Assembly (NCBI GenBank): GCA_963825865.1 | Contig: CAWGVG010000060.1 | Span: 128,001-192,000, forward strand | From: an uncultured Nitrososphaeraceae archaeon | GTDB lineage: Archaea > Thermoproteota > Nitrososphaeria > Nitrososphaerales > Nitrososphaeraceae | Direction: 5' to 3' | DNA length: 64,000 nucleotides | Shown: piece by piece, positions 43,030 through 54,426 of the stretch | Layout: the number at the start of each line of letters is the position of its first letter | How positions within the stretch are numbered: the stretch's first letter is position 1 | Translations under genes and position numbers: made by a program | The notes under the pieces: model-generated | Seen by the model: the letters and a program-made list of their open reading frames with translations, nothing else | What the model was told of the DNA's origin: nothing | Database searches by the model: none

Positions 43030-43688
43030 ATGAAAACAACAACATTGGCAATCATTGTCGTTCTCACCGCAATGATCCTTGTCACGGCGGGTGCTTTTAA
43101 TTCTCCGGCTTTAGGCAAGTCTAGCGCGGAGCAAGGAAGCAGCGACTCTGGCGGCGGCGGCGGTGGAGCAAAAGGAACGCAGCGACTGCGGGCGGCAGCG
43201 CGCGGCGGCTCTAGCGGCGGCGGCGGCGCGGCGGCAGCAAAGGAACCAGCGACTCTAGCGGCGGCGGCGGTAGCAGGAGCGGAACCAGCGACTTAGCGGC
43301 GGCGCGGCGGAGCAAAGGAACCAGCGGCTCTAGCGGCGCGGTACCAGCGGCGGAACCAGCGGCACCGTTGGCAAACAGCTAAAATCGCTTATTAGCTGCC
43401 TAACGAGTTCAAGCAAGTTGACCGGGACCTTACCCACTAGTGCTCAGTATAAAACATGTGAAGCTCAATCCAGCTTTGGCACTCTTGGTGGCTCAGCTCT
43501 TGGTGGCTCAGCTCTTGGTGGCTCAGCTCTTGGTGGCTCAGCTCTTGGTGGCTCAGCTCTTGGTGGTGGAAAAAGTGACTGGCGGAAAATCAAGTACTGG
43601 CGGTGGCTTCCTCCCCTTAACTCCTGGCCCCGTTGGTCCTTTATCTATAGGCAGTAGTGGAAAAGGAAAAGGCTCAAGAACCGGCTAG
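43030..43688 (+). CDS. secreted Gly/Ser-rich low-complexity protein (several indels in GC-rich repeats)
   Basis: signal MKTTTLAIIVVLTAMILVTAG; GGC-rich tract; SLISCL...YKTCEAQ; (LGGSA)n. Confidence 0.65.
43482..43566. repeat. 15-bp tandem repeat CTCTTGGTGGCTCAG x5 plus partial copy
   Basis: direct reading; encodes LGGSA. Confidence 0.95.
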
Positions 43689-43769
43689 TACCGAAAAATA
43701 AGCTCAAAGTGGCAATATGTACATTATTGCCATCAAAAATTTTTTTACTATTTAATTCTGTAAAATTTA

Positions 43770-44040
43770 GGCTCTGTTAACTTCGGCTAACAGCAAATTG
43801 AAAAAGCTGTCGTCTGACAAACGATGAAATAGAACTTACCACCTATTTTTCAGTGTATTCTAACAACGAATTAGAGCTTTAATACCAATTAAAGATAGCT
43901 CTTGCTCATATGGCAAATCCCATCCAAGTTATTCTAGCTTGGATAAATCCCTCTTTAGTGGCATTCTGAATTAAAGTAATCCACTTATTCTTACCTTCAA
44001 TCTTTATTCCACAAGCTTCTGCTGGTGTTTTTCCAGCATC
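43770..44040 (-). mobile_element. IS6-like/DDE transposase 3'-end remnant
   Basis: GKTPAEACGIKIEGKNKWITLIQNA resembles archaeal DDE transposase C-termini; IS6-like end GGCTCTGTTAACTT at 43770. Confidence 0.55.
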
Positions 44041-44388
44041 TTTCACTACCAAAAAATTCATTTTAATTTTTGAGATTTAATATTATGAATCATATCTGAA
44101 ACTACTTTCTGATTTTGAAAAATTACTGTCAGCTATCTCTAACATTATTTCTGTTTCATTATAATAATGATTATTTATTTTTTCTTCAATATCTCAAGTT
44201 CTGTCATCAGTAAATATTCAGTACCAGCTAAGTTCTGAGTATTAAACTATCCATAGAGAATACAGAAAAAATAGAAATTTATGTCCGTCTTCCTATGATC
44301 AAAACCTAAAACGTGGATAATGGACAGAATGGAGAGCCTATTTTTTATCTCCATAACTTCATTGATGCTATAAACATTCTAAAATATT

Positions 44389-44850
44389 CTATTTTTTTGC
44401 AAAAGCTTTGAGTTTACCATACATTTCCTTATCTTTAGAAATAGATGGATGATTTGGATCTGCTAGTATCACTTCATACCAATAATAAGTACCGTCCTTG
44501 TGCAAATAATAAGAACCTAGAACTTCCATGTTAGGAAACTTTTCATTTACTCTCCTTTCCGCAACTTTGCGCATACTTATTCCCTGTTTAATGTGGACAA
44601 CGCCCATATGTTTTGGTCTTCTACCTGATACTGGCCTTTGCTTTCTCATACCTCCTCTGCCTACTCTTGCACGTACTACAATGATACCTTGTTTTGCCTT
44701 GTATCCCAATCTACGTGCTCGATCAAGCCTACTTGGCCTTTGGATTTTATGGATGACTGGTTCTGTTCTCCAGCCGATACATTTGGACTTTAGTTCATCT
44801 GCGTTGGACTTCCACATTTTGGTCCAAGTCGTAGCCATGTAACTGCGCAT
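44389..44850 (-). CDS. rpl15e: 50S ribosomal protein L15e
   Basis: RPSRLDRARRLGYKAKQG, GRRPK, AERR, LGSY, YEVILADP. Confidence 0.96.
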   Translation of the reverse strand: MRSYMATTWTKMWKSNADELKSKCIGWRTEPVIHKIQRPSRLDRARRLGYKAKQGIIVVRARVGRGGMRKQRPVSGRRPKHMGVVHIKQGISMRKVAERRVNEKFPNMEVLGSYYLHKDGTYYWYEVILADPNHPSISKDKEMYGKLKAFAKK

Positions 44851-45061
44851 GCCAATTTGCTATCTACTAACCCCCTTAATATCTTTACATTATTAGCTCA
44901 GCTCTCCAAGAGACTTTCTGAGAAAATTACCATTTTTTGACAAAGACAATAGATAGAGCATAGTACATCTCCACAAGAGGTAAACAGCCATATCGGTTTC
45001 GGTGTAGAGGAATCTATTATTATACTACTTTACGGTTAACAGTTTCTAAACTCTAAACTCT

Positions 45062-45995
45062 CTAAATTACTCCACGGATTATTTGAATGATTTTTTCTGC
45101 AATCACTAGCGACGCAAGTTCCTGCGCCTCTTTTGTCTGCGACCCTATATGCGGTGTACAAATGAGATTTGGCAATTCTATCAGCATTTTATTACGCGGT
45201 GGTTCTCTTTCAAATACATCGAGCGCCGCACCTGCGATCTTGCCACTTATTAGCGAGTCATATAAGGCCTTTTCATCGATAACTTCACCACGTGAGGTAT
45301 TCACAATAAACACGGTTGGTTTCATTTTAGAAAAAAGTTGTGCATTGAACATGTGTTTTGTTTCTTGAGTTAGCGGTACATGACAGGTAATGAAATCGGA
45401 GCTTTCCGCCAGAGTATTAAGATCGGTTACAATCAAGCCTACTTCTTTGACAAAATCCTTGTTGATTGGGTATATATCATAACCAATTAAATTCATTCTT
45501 AGTGCTCTTGCAATACGTCCTACATTTCGCCCAATGTTTCCAACGCCGACAATTCCGAGATACTTTCCTCTAAGTTCTATACCCGTTAGATCCGTCTTTA
45601 TCCAATTTCCTTTTTTTGTTTCAGTATCCGCACGTGGGATACTGCGTGCAAGAGAGATCATGTGACCAATAGTAAGTTCGGCTACAGCGTTCATGGCTCG
45701 CTTCAGACGCATTGATTACACGAATGTTTCTCGCTTCGGCAGCACTGAGATCTATATTATCAAGACCAACTCCGACCCTAGCGATAATTCTAGTCATAGT
45801 TGTGGCATCAATAACTTCCCTTGTAATTTTGGTTCTACTTCTAACAATAATAACATGATAATCTTTAACAGAAGAAAGCAAATCACTTGGCGTGATATCT
45901 GGCTTGTAGTCAACTGTCATTCCTGCTTTCTTTAGACTATCAATACCCGATTTATCGATAGAGTCACAAACAAGAACCTTTCCACTAACTTGCAT
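45062..45995 (-). CDS. serA: D-2-hydroxyacid dehydrogenase, SerA-like (frameshift near 45700)
   Basis: IVRSRTK, RVGVGLDNID, AVAELT, GVGNIG, NTSRG, ALDVFEREP, TPHIGSQT. Confidence 0.85.
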
Positions 45996-46305
45996 ACGGC
46001 TGGAGAACCCTTGTACTTATATATTAATTATCGAATTATGGTACGATTTACATGGTTCTTACTGTCTTGTAAGTTTCTATAAGATATTCGCCTTGTCTTT
46101 ATCTCATAGTAGTCTAGCACTAAGTTATCCCTTAGCACTAACGATTCAGGAAATATAATATCAGAGAAACATCAGAGCTGATGATGCCAATCATATTATC
46201 TGGATTAATAAAGAACTGTTTATCATATCAGCCAGGTTGCTATAATCTTATATGGTTCGAATACGTTATTAATAAATTAATCTTCACAAGTGGAATTGAA
46301 GTCCA

Positions 46306-46722
46306 ATGCCTGGCAGCAACTACATTATAAGGATTACAAAAGATCGAGTTGCAAATCAACTGTACGGAATCCGCGTATATTATGTTAGGCTCAGAAGAGA
46401 CTGGTCAAAAGGATCCAAACTGATATTTGTAAAAAAAACAAATCCTTTAGGCGATGATGCATTTATTGGTTCTGGGATTATTGACAAGATTTTTGAGTTT
46501 AATGAGTTATGCGATGTTTCTGAAAAGAAAACATGGATCGAAAATAACTATTACAAAAAAATAATTTTTGGAAGATTGGTAAATTTCCATCCCCCTCTGC
46601 CTGTAAGAGACACTCAAATAAGTTCGTGGAGTCAAACTGGCGCATTATTACATGGTGCACAGATTTCTGCCTCAGAAATATCAATAATAGAAGGTCGTGT
46701 TAATATCATGATAATATTATGA
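46306..46722 (+). CDS. hypothetical protein (possible EVE/PUA-like fold)
   Basis: GSKLIFVKK..FIGSGII..FHPPLPV pattern. Confidence 0.6.
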   Translation: MPGSNYIIRITKDRVANQLYGIRVYYVRLRRDWSKGSKLIFVKKTNPLGDDAFIGSGIIDKIFEFNELCDVSEKKTWIENNYYKKIIFGRLVNFHPPLPVRDTQISSWSQTGALLHGAQISASEISIIEGRVNIMIIL

Positions 46723-46766
46723 CTGATTCTTTGTTTGTCGATTAATTTATTAACAATTTTAAAGAA

Positions 46767-48167
46767 TTGCCTAGCAGAATATATATGTCTTCTTTCAGAA
46801 TTGATAAGGATTCATTGGGGGAAGCCCAAGTTCCTTCTGACGCTTATTATGGTGCATTTACGGCCCGAGCGAAGCAACACTACAACGTTACAGGACAGAA
46901 AGCACACATAAATCTTGTCAAAGCATATATTATGATAAAACGGTCAGCAGCAATGGCAAACAAAGAGCTAAATGCTCTTGATCAAAGTAAAGCTGACGCG
47001 ATCATAAAAGCGTGCGATGAGGTACTATCTGGTAAGCTACTTGATCAATTTGTGATTGAAGCGATAAACTCTGGCGCAGGAACTGCATTTAACATGAATT
47101 GTAATGAAGTAATCGCAAATAGGGCTATCGAGATTTTAGACAAGAAAAAAGGAGAATACGAGATCATTAACCCAAATGATCACGTAAATATGTCACAGTC
47201 TAGCAATGATACCTTTCCGACAGCAATGCACGTTGCAATTCTCCTCAACATGCGCGAAACAATGTCTGCGCTTGATAGACTCATTTTATCATTAGAAATG
47301 AAAGCAAGGCAATTTCGTGGTATTATAAAAATTGGCAGAACGCATTTGATGGATGCCCTACCTGTTACTCTGGAAACAGAGTTTGAAGAATATGCCTATT
47401 CATTAAAACAAGCACAGGAAAAACTGATCCAAGCGAAAGAAAACCTAGAATATGTGGGCCTTGGAGGAACTGCAGTAGGAAGCGGTGCTAACACTCCAAA
47501 AGGATACAGACAAACTGCCATCCAACGGTTATCAGAAATTTCCGGTTTAGGACTGAAAGCATCTTCGAATATGTATTACTCTTTACAGAGTAAGTTCGAT
47601 ATTGCTAATTGCTCTTCTGCACTTCGCAACCTTGCAGTAGAGTTGATTAAAATGGCGAATGATCTTCGATTGATGTCTTCTGGTCCAACTGCTGGTTTTG
47701 CGGAAATTCTTATTCCTGCTGTGCATGCTGGCTCTTCAATTATGCCAGGAAAAGTTAACCCATCGCTTGCTGAGTGTCTTAATATGATTTGCTTTAATAT
47801 AATAGGAAATGATGTTTCTGTAGCGCTGGCTGCTCAAGCAGGTCAATTCGAGCTGAATGTAATGCTGCCTGGGATGCTAAAATGTGTTTTGGAGTCGACA
47901 GATATGCTCAAGAATTTTCTTCCAATATTTACAAGAAACATGATAGATGGATTAAAAGCAAATCAAGAAAAACTAGAGTCATATGTTGAAAAAAGTCCCG
48001 TGCTTGTTACACTATTAACTCCATACATTGGTTACATAAAGGCTGCAGACATCTACAAAGAATCTTTGAAGACAAATATAAGCATAAGAGAATTAGTGTT
48101 AAGTAAAGGTATGATGACAAAAGAAGAGATTGATAAAGCATTATCCAAAGAAAATATGGGCTTGTAA
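46767..48167 (+). CDS. fumC: class II fumarate hydratase / aspartase family lyase
   Basis: DSLG, NMSQSSNDTFPT, KIGRTHLMDA, GSSIMPGKVNP. Confidence 0.85.
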   Translation: MPSRIYMSSFRIDKDSLGEAQVPSDAYYGAFTARAKQHYNVTGQKAHINLVKAYIMIKRSAAMANKELNALDQSKADAIIKACDEVLSGKLLDQFVIEAINSGAGTAFNMNCNEVIANRAIEILDKKKGEYEIINPNDHVNMSQSSNDTFPTAMHVAILLNMRETMSALDRLILSLEMKARQFRGIIKIGRTHLMDALPVTLETEFEEYAYSLKQAQEKLIQAKENLEYVGLGGTAVGSGANTPKGYRQTAIQRLSEISGLGLKASSNMYYSLQSKFDIANCSSALRNLAVELIKMANDLRLMSSGPTAGFAEILIPAVHAGSSIMPGKVNPSLAECLNMICFNIIGNDVSVALAAQAGQFELNVMLPGMLKCVLESTDMLKNFLPIFTRNMIDGLKANQEKLESYVEKSPVLVTLLTPYIGYIKAADIYKESLKTNISIRELVLSKGMMTKEEIDKALSKENMGL

Positions 48168-48423
48168 CCACAGTCAAATATAATACACACTCTTCAGGCA
48201 CGAGGAAGAGACATAACTGTTTCATGCCATCTTCTTCCTCTTCTTCTTTCCCTTCAGCTATCAATAATGACTGATGATAGATCCCTGGCGCCAAAAACAT
48301 AGTGTGTAAATTTTCGTTATGAATGATGACTTTGATTATTCTGTATTATATTTCTACAAGAGTTCCATGTGATAATATCTAAAACCAATATATGAAAAGA
48401 ATTCCAACAAAAAACTGATTGTC

Positions 48424-48888
48424 ATGGATCCAGAATCAGATATCACTATTGCTTCTACAAAGAATGATAATCTTCGTAAAAGGTATAATAAATTGGTAGT
48501 AATAGATCTTGAAAAACGTGCTATTCTCCGCAATTTGGTAAAGCAAAATACGCTATGTGAACATAAGCAAATTTATACTCAGGCTAACGCTATTTGCAGA
48601 AGGATATCGTCATCTTACGAAGAAGGTAGAATTTCTGCACAAGAGGCTTTGCAATTAATGATTGAAGCACATAATCAGATGAGCCATCATGGATTACCGA
48701 AGGAAGTGATTGCGGATGAAATGAATAAGCGTATTAGCAAATTGGAAAAAGGAGAAAACACTAAATTCGAGGTCACTATGGCAAATGTTAGTCATGCTAA
48801 TAATTTGGAAGATAAAGAAAATAGTAGCTTAAAAAACGAGGATTCTTCAAATAAATATTCAGAAAGCTACTGGTCTGAAGTCATATAA
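48424..48888 (+). CDS. hypothetical protein
   Basis: 154-aa ORF, ATG start, AT-rich promoter-like upstream. Confidence 0.6.
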   Translation: MDPESDITIASTKNDNLRKRYNKLVVIDLEKRAILRNLVKQNTLCEHKQIYTQANAICRRISSSYEEGRISAQEALQLMIEAHNQMSHHGLPKEVIADEMNKRISKLEKGENTKFEVTMANVSHANNLEDKENSSLKNEDSSNKYSESYWSEVI

Positions 48889-49117
48889 GATTGAAAACGG
48901 CATAGATTGGAGAACATGTCTAACTATTACATTCAATCAAATAGACATTATATATCTGATTTATGTTCCTTAAAAAACAAGCATAATTCTACCGAAGGCA
49001 TTATTTACAGGCATCTAAGAGCTAATTAGATTACAAAATATATATTATATTTTCCTTATTTAATGGTTTTATGGATGCTACTTTTATTAACTGGTTATGT
49101 GATAGTTTAATTGGAAC

Positions 49118-49618
49118 ATGACTGGTAATCATAAATCAAAAATACTAACTTCAAAGATGCTAATAATAGCTGTGTCAATACAGATACTTTTGTTAACAGT
49201 ATTTGTATCTACACTGCCTATTCAATCGGTGGTGGCTCAAAATTCCACAGGCGTTAATTCCACAGGAGCTAACTCTAACACTGTAACAAATCTGATGGTT
49301 AATGGTAAATCCATACCAATCAAATATAGTTTGACTACAGGCAAACTTCTTGGGATTGTTGAAGATAAGGATAAAACGACTCTTGTGGCAATAATTTCAT
49401 CCCCAGTTGATAAGGGGACATTAAGAATTGAACTTCCAAGAAATGTAATAGATGACAAAGGACAAGGTAATAGTGATGCTAAATTTACAGTACATGAGGA
49501 TGGTAAAGATGCTACGGTTAGAGAAGTATTAAACAATCCGACAACAAGAGTGTTAGCAATCGACTTTAACAAAGATGCTAGGTTAATAGAAATTGTAGGT
49601 ACTGTTCTGCCACAATAA
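49118..49618 (+). CDS. secreted beta-sandwich protein
   Basis: signal peptide ending VVAQ; GTLRIELPRNVID..F.V.EDG..RVLAIDF...IEIVGT. Confidence 0.75.
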   Translation: MTGNHKSKILTSKMLIIAVSIQILLLTVFVSTLPIQSVVAQNSTGVNSTGANSNTVTNLMVNGKSIPIKYSLTTGKLLGIVEDKDKTTLVAIISSPVDKGTLRIELPRNVIDDKGQGNSDAKFTVHEDGKDATVREVLNNPTTRVLAIDFNKDARLIEIVGTVLPQ

Positions 49619-49768
49619 TATTCGATCCTGCAGCGCTAATAAATAATCGATTGGAACCGTTACTGGCAATGCCCAGCACACGTCCCGATGTAGGCATCAG
49701 ATGTTATACAGAATATCTGCCAACTTGAAGCGCGTAGTATCCGTGTAACCAAGGGTATCTGGGATTAG

Positions 49769-49842
49769 TGCCGGAGGCGGGATTCGAGCCCGCGACCTTT
49801 CGATTATGAGTCGAACGCTCTAGCCAAGCTGAGCTACCCGGC
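49769..49842 (-). tRNA. tRNA with CAT anticodon, probably elongator tRNA-Met
   Basis: GCCGGGTAGCTCAGCTTGGCTAGAGCG-TTCGA-CTCATAA-TCGAA...GGCTCGAATCC..CTCCGGCA; 5' acceptor strand appears one base short. Confidence 0.88.
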
Positions 49843-49893
49843 AAGCTCAGGCAGCGTTCATCAACCAAAATTCTTTTTAAAACATAATATAAT

Positions 49894-50530
49894 CTATTCA
49901 AACATGCGTCGTATATCGCCTTCCAACACACCTGTCCCCGTATGAAGTCTGTCGATATGCGTAGACAAAGCCTCTTTTGAGTCAAAGGGTGATTCACAAT
50001 ATGGACATGTCAGTTTTGCTGTGCTAATATCCTTCATGTAAACAATTGCTTTTGGATTAATAATACATACTGGTGTCCCACGGAGTGCAGTATCTGCTGT
50101 AGAAATTGTCGCCATCTGAATCTTTTCAAAGATATCGTCTCTGGCTATCATTCCAAGAACTGCTGCATTTGAACTTACTATTATTTGTCTTACTACATGT
50201 TTGTCCATAATCGAAAGTGCTTCTTGAACCGTCGCTTTTGGGTCCACAGCTGAGTACAGGGCTATTCATAATTTCGCGAAGCCTAACTTTGGCTGGATTT
50301 CTGCCTTGGGACATTATCTTAAAAAGGATATCGGTTTTGCTTACTATACCAATAACCTCTCCATTATGCGATGCAAGAATACTACGTGCATTTCTTTCTT
50401 TCATAAGTTTAATTGCTTCATCAGCAAATTTGTCACTTTCGAGGATAATTATATTTGTATTCAAAACAAGCTCTATTGGTGACGATAGGAGTGATGTGAT
50501 ATTATCTGGAAAATATTGATAATCTTTCAC
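49894..50530 (-). CDS. tandem CBS-domain protein with C-terminal C2H2 zinc finger (frameshift near 50250)
   Basis: GIVSKTDIL, EIMNSP, GMIARDDI; CPYCESPF...HIDRLH. Confidence 0.85.
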
Positions 50531-50667
50531 AAAGGAAGAACAGTTCTCTTTTATATATAGTTTGATCTTCTAACAAAGCATACCAGCATCCATCGCTTAC
50601 GAAAACGAGCTCTGGAAGTGCTTGGAATTCCATTATATACATAATATGATCAACACTACTTAGGATA

Positions 50668-51107
50668 GGCTGTGTTCATTTGGTGATAAATCTATAGCTA
50701 AAGACTCATTACGCACTTTAAATGGTCAGATTCAAAAGTGTGGCTGTGGTTCGCTATTGAACCAATAGATAAGACAATCGTTGGCATTCGTATTTCCATA
50801 GAAAGAAATATGAGCAATTTATAAAATCATTAGTTAAAAATTATGGTAAGTGTATCATATCTACACATCGTGGTACCTGGTATCCTCAGGCTTGCAAATT
50901 TTTTTATCCTCTGAAACTAGCACCATGTCTTATAAAAGCATAATTGAACCTACAATCCAATATGTTAAAGATAGAACAGAAAGTTTTGATGATTAGTTTC
51001 CTTGTAGAAAAGAAAGGAGTAAACTAGAACACATCCTCAATTGATTTAATATGTTTATTGACAGGCATAATAGAATGATTACGCGCTACATTGTTAAATG
51101 AAGAGCC
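50668..51107 (+). mobile_element. internally deleted, degenerate IS6-family element (440 bp)
   Basis: ends GGCTGTGTTCATTT / AAATGAAGAGCC; flanks TTAGGATA / TTAGGATC; broken transposase WLWFAIEP..ISIERN..GTWYPQAC..IQYVKDRTESFDD. Confidence 0.8.
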
Positions 51108-51155
51108 TTAGGATCTAACTGACTGCTTATATAATAGAAAGTGTTTGTTTTTATT

Positions 51156-51308
51156 ATGTTGAATACGACATCCGTAGAACATGTTGACGATTCTGTGGAA
51201 TGCGATAACTGTACCTATGCGACTTGGTTCAACAGCAAGAATTTAACCTCAGTAGCAAGAGCCAAAGTACAACTGGAAGAACATAAAAAAAACTGCCTGC
51301 CAAGATAA
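51156..51308 (+). CDS. 50-aa zinc-finger-like microprotein (not in ORF track)
   Basis: MLNTTSVEHVDDSVECDNC...LEEHKKNCLPR; CxxC and HxxxC; TTATATAA box about 25 nt upstream. Confidence 0.6.
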   Translation: MLNTTSVEHVDDSVECDNCTYATWFNSKNLTSVARAKVQLEEHKKNCLPR

Positions 51309-51359
51309 TCTTCCCTTTTGTGCAAAGTTCTTGATAGCGTATCAGAAAGAATAACCAGA

Positions 51360-51759
51360 TTATTCTGGGGCAAAACCATGATAATAAGGTATTTGCATAA
51401 GTTCCTCTTTTGAGATCATTTCTACCAGAGATATTAAATGTCCATCAGGATCTTTTATAATAGCATGTTTTCCAAATTGTTCTGTTGTGAGTTTTTTGTA
51501 AAACTTCACTTTCTTCTTTTTTAGCCCATTACAAAGGGTTTGTAGATCGCTAACATTGAACCCCACTAACATACTGTTATTTTTTTTCATTCTCTTTTTT
51601 TTTGTAGGGTGTAGTGCAAGCACTGTAACCTTGTTTTGAAAATTCAACCCAATCTTTAGACCGCTGCTTTAGTTCCATTCCCAGAACATCTTTATAAAAT
51701 TTTATAGATCTTCTAGTATCAGAAACTAGAAGTATAACGGCGCCTATTCGACTGAACAT
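51360..51759 (-). CDS. VOC/glyoxalase family protein (frameshifted)
   Basis: VSDTRRSIKFYKDVLG, LALH, FNVSDL, FGKHAIIKDPDGHLISL. Confidence 0.85.
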
Positions 51760-52307
51760 ATTGTGATCATGACATGTATAATTCATTCCAAGATATAAGA
51801 ACAGCTATACCACACGGTCCTGTTCAACTTTTATTTATCCTCTATACACATCGTAACTATCTTGAAACAACGTATTTCTAGCTACATTATAATTACTTCC
51901 ACATTCTCCTATATAAGATGAATTAATAGTGGTTGAGTCTCAATACAATGCATAGCTTTTCAAATTTTTGATGGTCATACATATGTTTAATTATCTTGTC
52001 TTAAGTATCTTGTCTCTCTCCGTCTATCCAAATCAATACATAGGATACGTTGATTCTTCTTTAATACCATCAATATATTACACACATATCCCAAGACAAA
52101 ATATATACAAATTAGTTGATAGGTAAATCTGCTGTGCAGCGAGGAGCGGGTGTGTTTGTAACGAGTGGCTATTTTTCGATTGATATTAGCAAACATCGTT
52201 TATAATAATAATAATAATAATAATAAAGCAAATTGGCACTATAAATTGGCATTAACATCTATAATACGCTATAGAGAAATCAAATACTTATGTCATCAGG
52301 AGCAGAT

Positions 52308-53072
52308 CATGATGACTGAATTACCTGTAGGGGTAGCAGAAGGTATTACTGCCAATTCTTCCCCTAAGGATATAGCTGAAGAGAGAATTCCAATTATTAA
52401 TCCGCATGAAATAAAGAAGTCATCATCAAAGCCATATGAACTCTTTGATAATATTGTAGGCTATAATGATGTCAAAAAGTTGTTCAATCTGTCATTGTCT
52501 TCTGAAAGACCGGTTCATATATTGCTAGTGGGTCCCCCTGCATCTGCAAAGACACTCTTTATGTTAGAATGTATTAAACTTGAGCGTTCTTACTTTATGC
52601 TGGGAAGCCAGAGTAACAAAATCAGGTATGATAGATTATTTATTTGAAAAGCGTCCCCGGTATATGATAGTTGACGAGATTGAACATATGCCAATGAAAG
52701 ATCAGACAGCGCTTTTGAGTTTAATGGAAACAGGTATTGTGGCTGAAACTAAATTTCAAAGAACTCGTAATACCCAGCTGAAAGACATGGGTATTTGCGA
52801 CTAGTAATAGTACTGAACAAATGCTAACGCCTTTACTTTCGAGGTTTATGGTACTACATTTTAAACAATACAAATACGAAAACTTTCGTGAAATTGCTGT
52901 TCATATGCTAAGCCATCAAGGAATTTCTAAAGAAATAGCCACCCCTGTGGCTGAAGCTGTTTGGACAAAAATGAAATCTAAAGATATTAGGGATTGTATA
53001 AAAATTGGCCACCTCGCAAAGACCAAGGACGATGTTAATTGGATCGTTGAAACACTCAAAAGGTATAGGTAA
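52308..53072 (+). CDS. small AAA+ ATPase (split by 2 indels)
   Basis: FDNIVGY, Walker A GPPASAKT, Walker B MIVDEIE, PLLSRF, DIRD. Confidence 0.8.
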
Positions 53073-53229
53073 TCCAATGAATATTTTTTGTTAGAGGACG
53101 AATCGTTGGCATAGACATTAGTATACTTAGCATTATATAAAGAAAATTGACTAAAATTTATTGATCGTTTTTTTTATTTTTTATGTTATTGAAGTGATCT
53201 TTTATTAGGTTGGTACATATCTTTAAGTT

Positions 53230-54051
53230 GTGATAGTTATAGATGTTTTGAAGGAAGCTTGTAAACAAGTTTATGAGCAAACTAAAGATCTTGTTGGAAC
53301 AGCAGAAGGTAACAAGAAATTTGGGATTGGTGCAGGGGGAGATATTTCAAGAATGATTGATCTTGTGGCAGAAAAGGCGGTACTTAATACTGTCAACAAA
53401 TATAATTTTAATCCTACAATAATTGGAGAAGAATGTGGAAGGATTGAAGGAAAGCAAGGATTTTTGATTATGGATGCAATTGATGGAACTACCAATGCGA
53501 GTCGTAGTATACCATTCTACTGTTGCTCTCTAGCATATGCGACTGATTTTAAACTGAGCTCTGTAATTGACAGTGTGGTTATAGACTTGGCAAGAGGCGA
53601 TTTGTACTATGCCTCAAAGGAGAAAGGTGCTTTTTTGAATGACGAGAAAATCAAAGTAAAGAGTTATAATAGTAATCAACAAAAAAAACAACAGCATGAC
53701 GACATTTTAATAGGCATGAATATTTCTGGTATTTCAGAAGAAATCATAAATCGTTTAACAAGGGTTATTTCAATGGCAAGTCATGCTAGACATTTTGGAG
53801 CTAACGCTCTTGAATTGTGTTATTTTGCAAGGGGATTTATGGATGCATATATTGACTTCAGAGGAAAAATACGTGCGACAGATATGGCTGCTGCATACTT
53901 GATTGTAAAGGAAGCTGGGGGTAAATTGTTCTCTATTAACGGTTCAGAACTGGATTCAGAATTAGGAGTAAATACGACAATGTCCTTTCTCGCCGTTATA
54001 GATGATAATATGTTTGAAAAGCTTGCGTGTGATATAGGGATAAGCACGTAA
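53230..54051 (+). CDS. suhB: inositol monophosphatase / class IV FBPase
   Basis: GAGGD, IIGEE, DAIDGTTNA, RHFGANALE, RATDMAA. Confidence 0.88.
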   Translation: MIVIDVLKEACKQVYEQTKDLVGTAEGNKKFGIGAGGDISRMIDLVAEKAVLNTVNKYNFNPTIIGEECGRIEGKQGFLIMDAIDGTTNASRSIPFYCCSLAYATDFKLSSVIDSVVIDLARGDLYYASKEKGAFLNDEKIKVKSYNSNQQKKQQHDDILIGMNISGISEEIINRLTRVISMASHARHFGANALELCYFARGFMDAYIDFRGKIRATDMAAAYLIVKEAGGKLFSINGSELDSELGVNTTMSFLAVIDDNMFEKLACDIGIST

Positions 54052-54069
54052 GGGTGTTATTATTTTAGG

Positions 54070-54183
54070 CGCCCGGGCCGGGATTCGAACCCGGGTCGGA
54101 GGAGTGACAGTCCCCCATACTGGACCGGATTTTATGATGCTCTAAGTGATCAAATGCATAAAGCATCTCTATACTACCCGGGC
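54070..54183 (-). tRNA. tRNA-Asp(GTC) with about 39-nt non-canonical D-loop intron (approx. 54130-54168)
   Basis: GCCCGGGTAGTATAG [intron] TCCGGTCCAGTAT GGGGA CTGTCAC TCCTC ...GGTTCGAATCC..CCCGGGCG. Confidence 0.88.
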
Positions 54184-54426
54184 GCACATAACCAAACTTT
54201 TGATAAAACAATTAAATGTTTTGTTTTATTTTATCCTTATGCTTTCCATTTGTGCCAGTTTTCTCTATTCTTGAAGATATAACTCTGATCATTTCATTGA
54301 TATAATAGAAATAGTGAACCTTTTTTACGTGCTGTCAAACCAAATCAATTGTTCATCTGTTAGATAGGGCTAGAAATTCACATGTATAAAATTAAATTAT
54401 ACCATGTAGGAGCGTATCTGTAACAT

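Noticed and set aside
48186-48282. Hairpins downstream of fumC with a CTGATGA motif (hammerhead- or K-loop-like)
   Set aside because: No matching GAAA core geometry; pairing is largely explained by purine/pyrimidine low complexity.
49704-49997. 97-aa minus-strand ORF
   Set aside because: Runs through the tRNA-Met gene; spurious.
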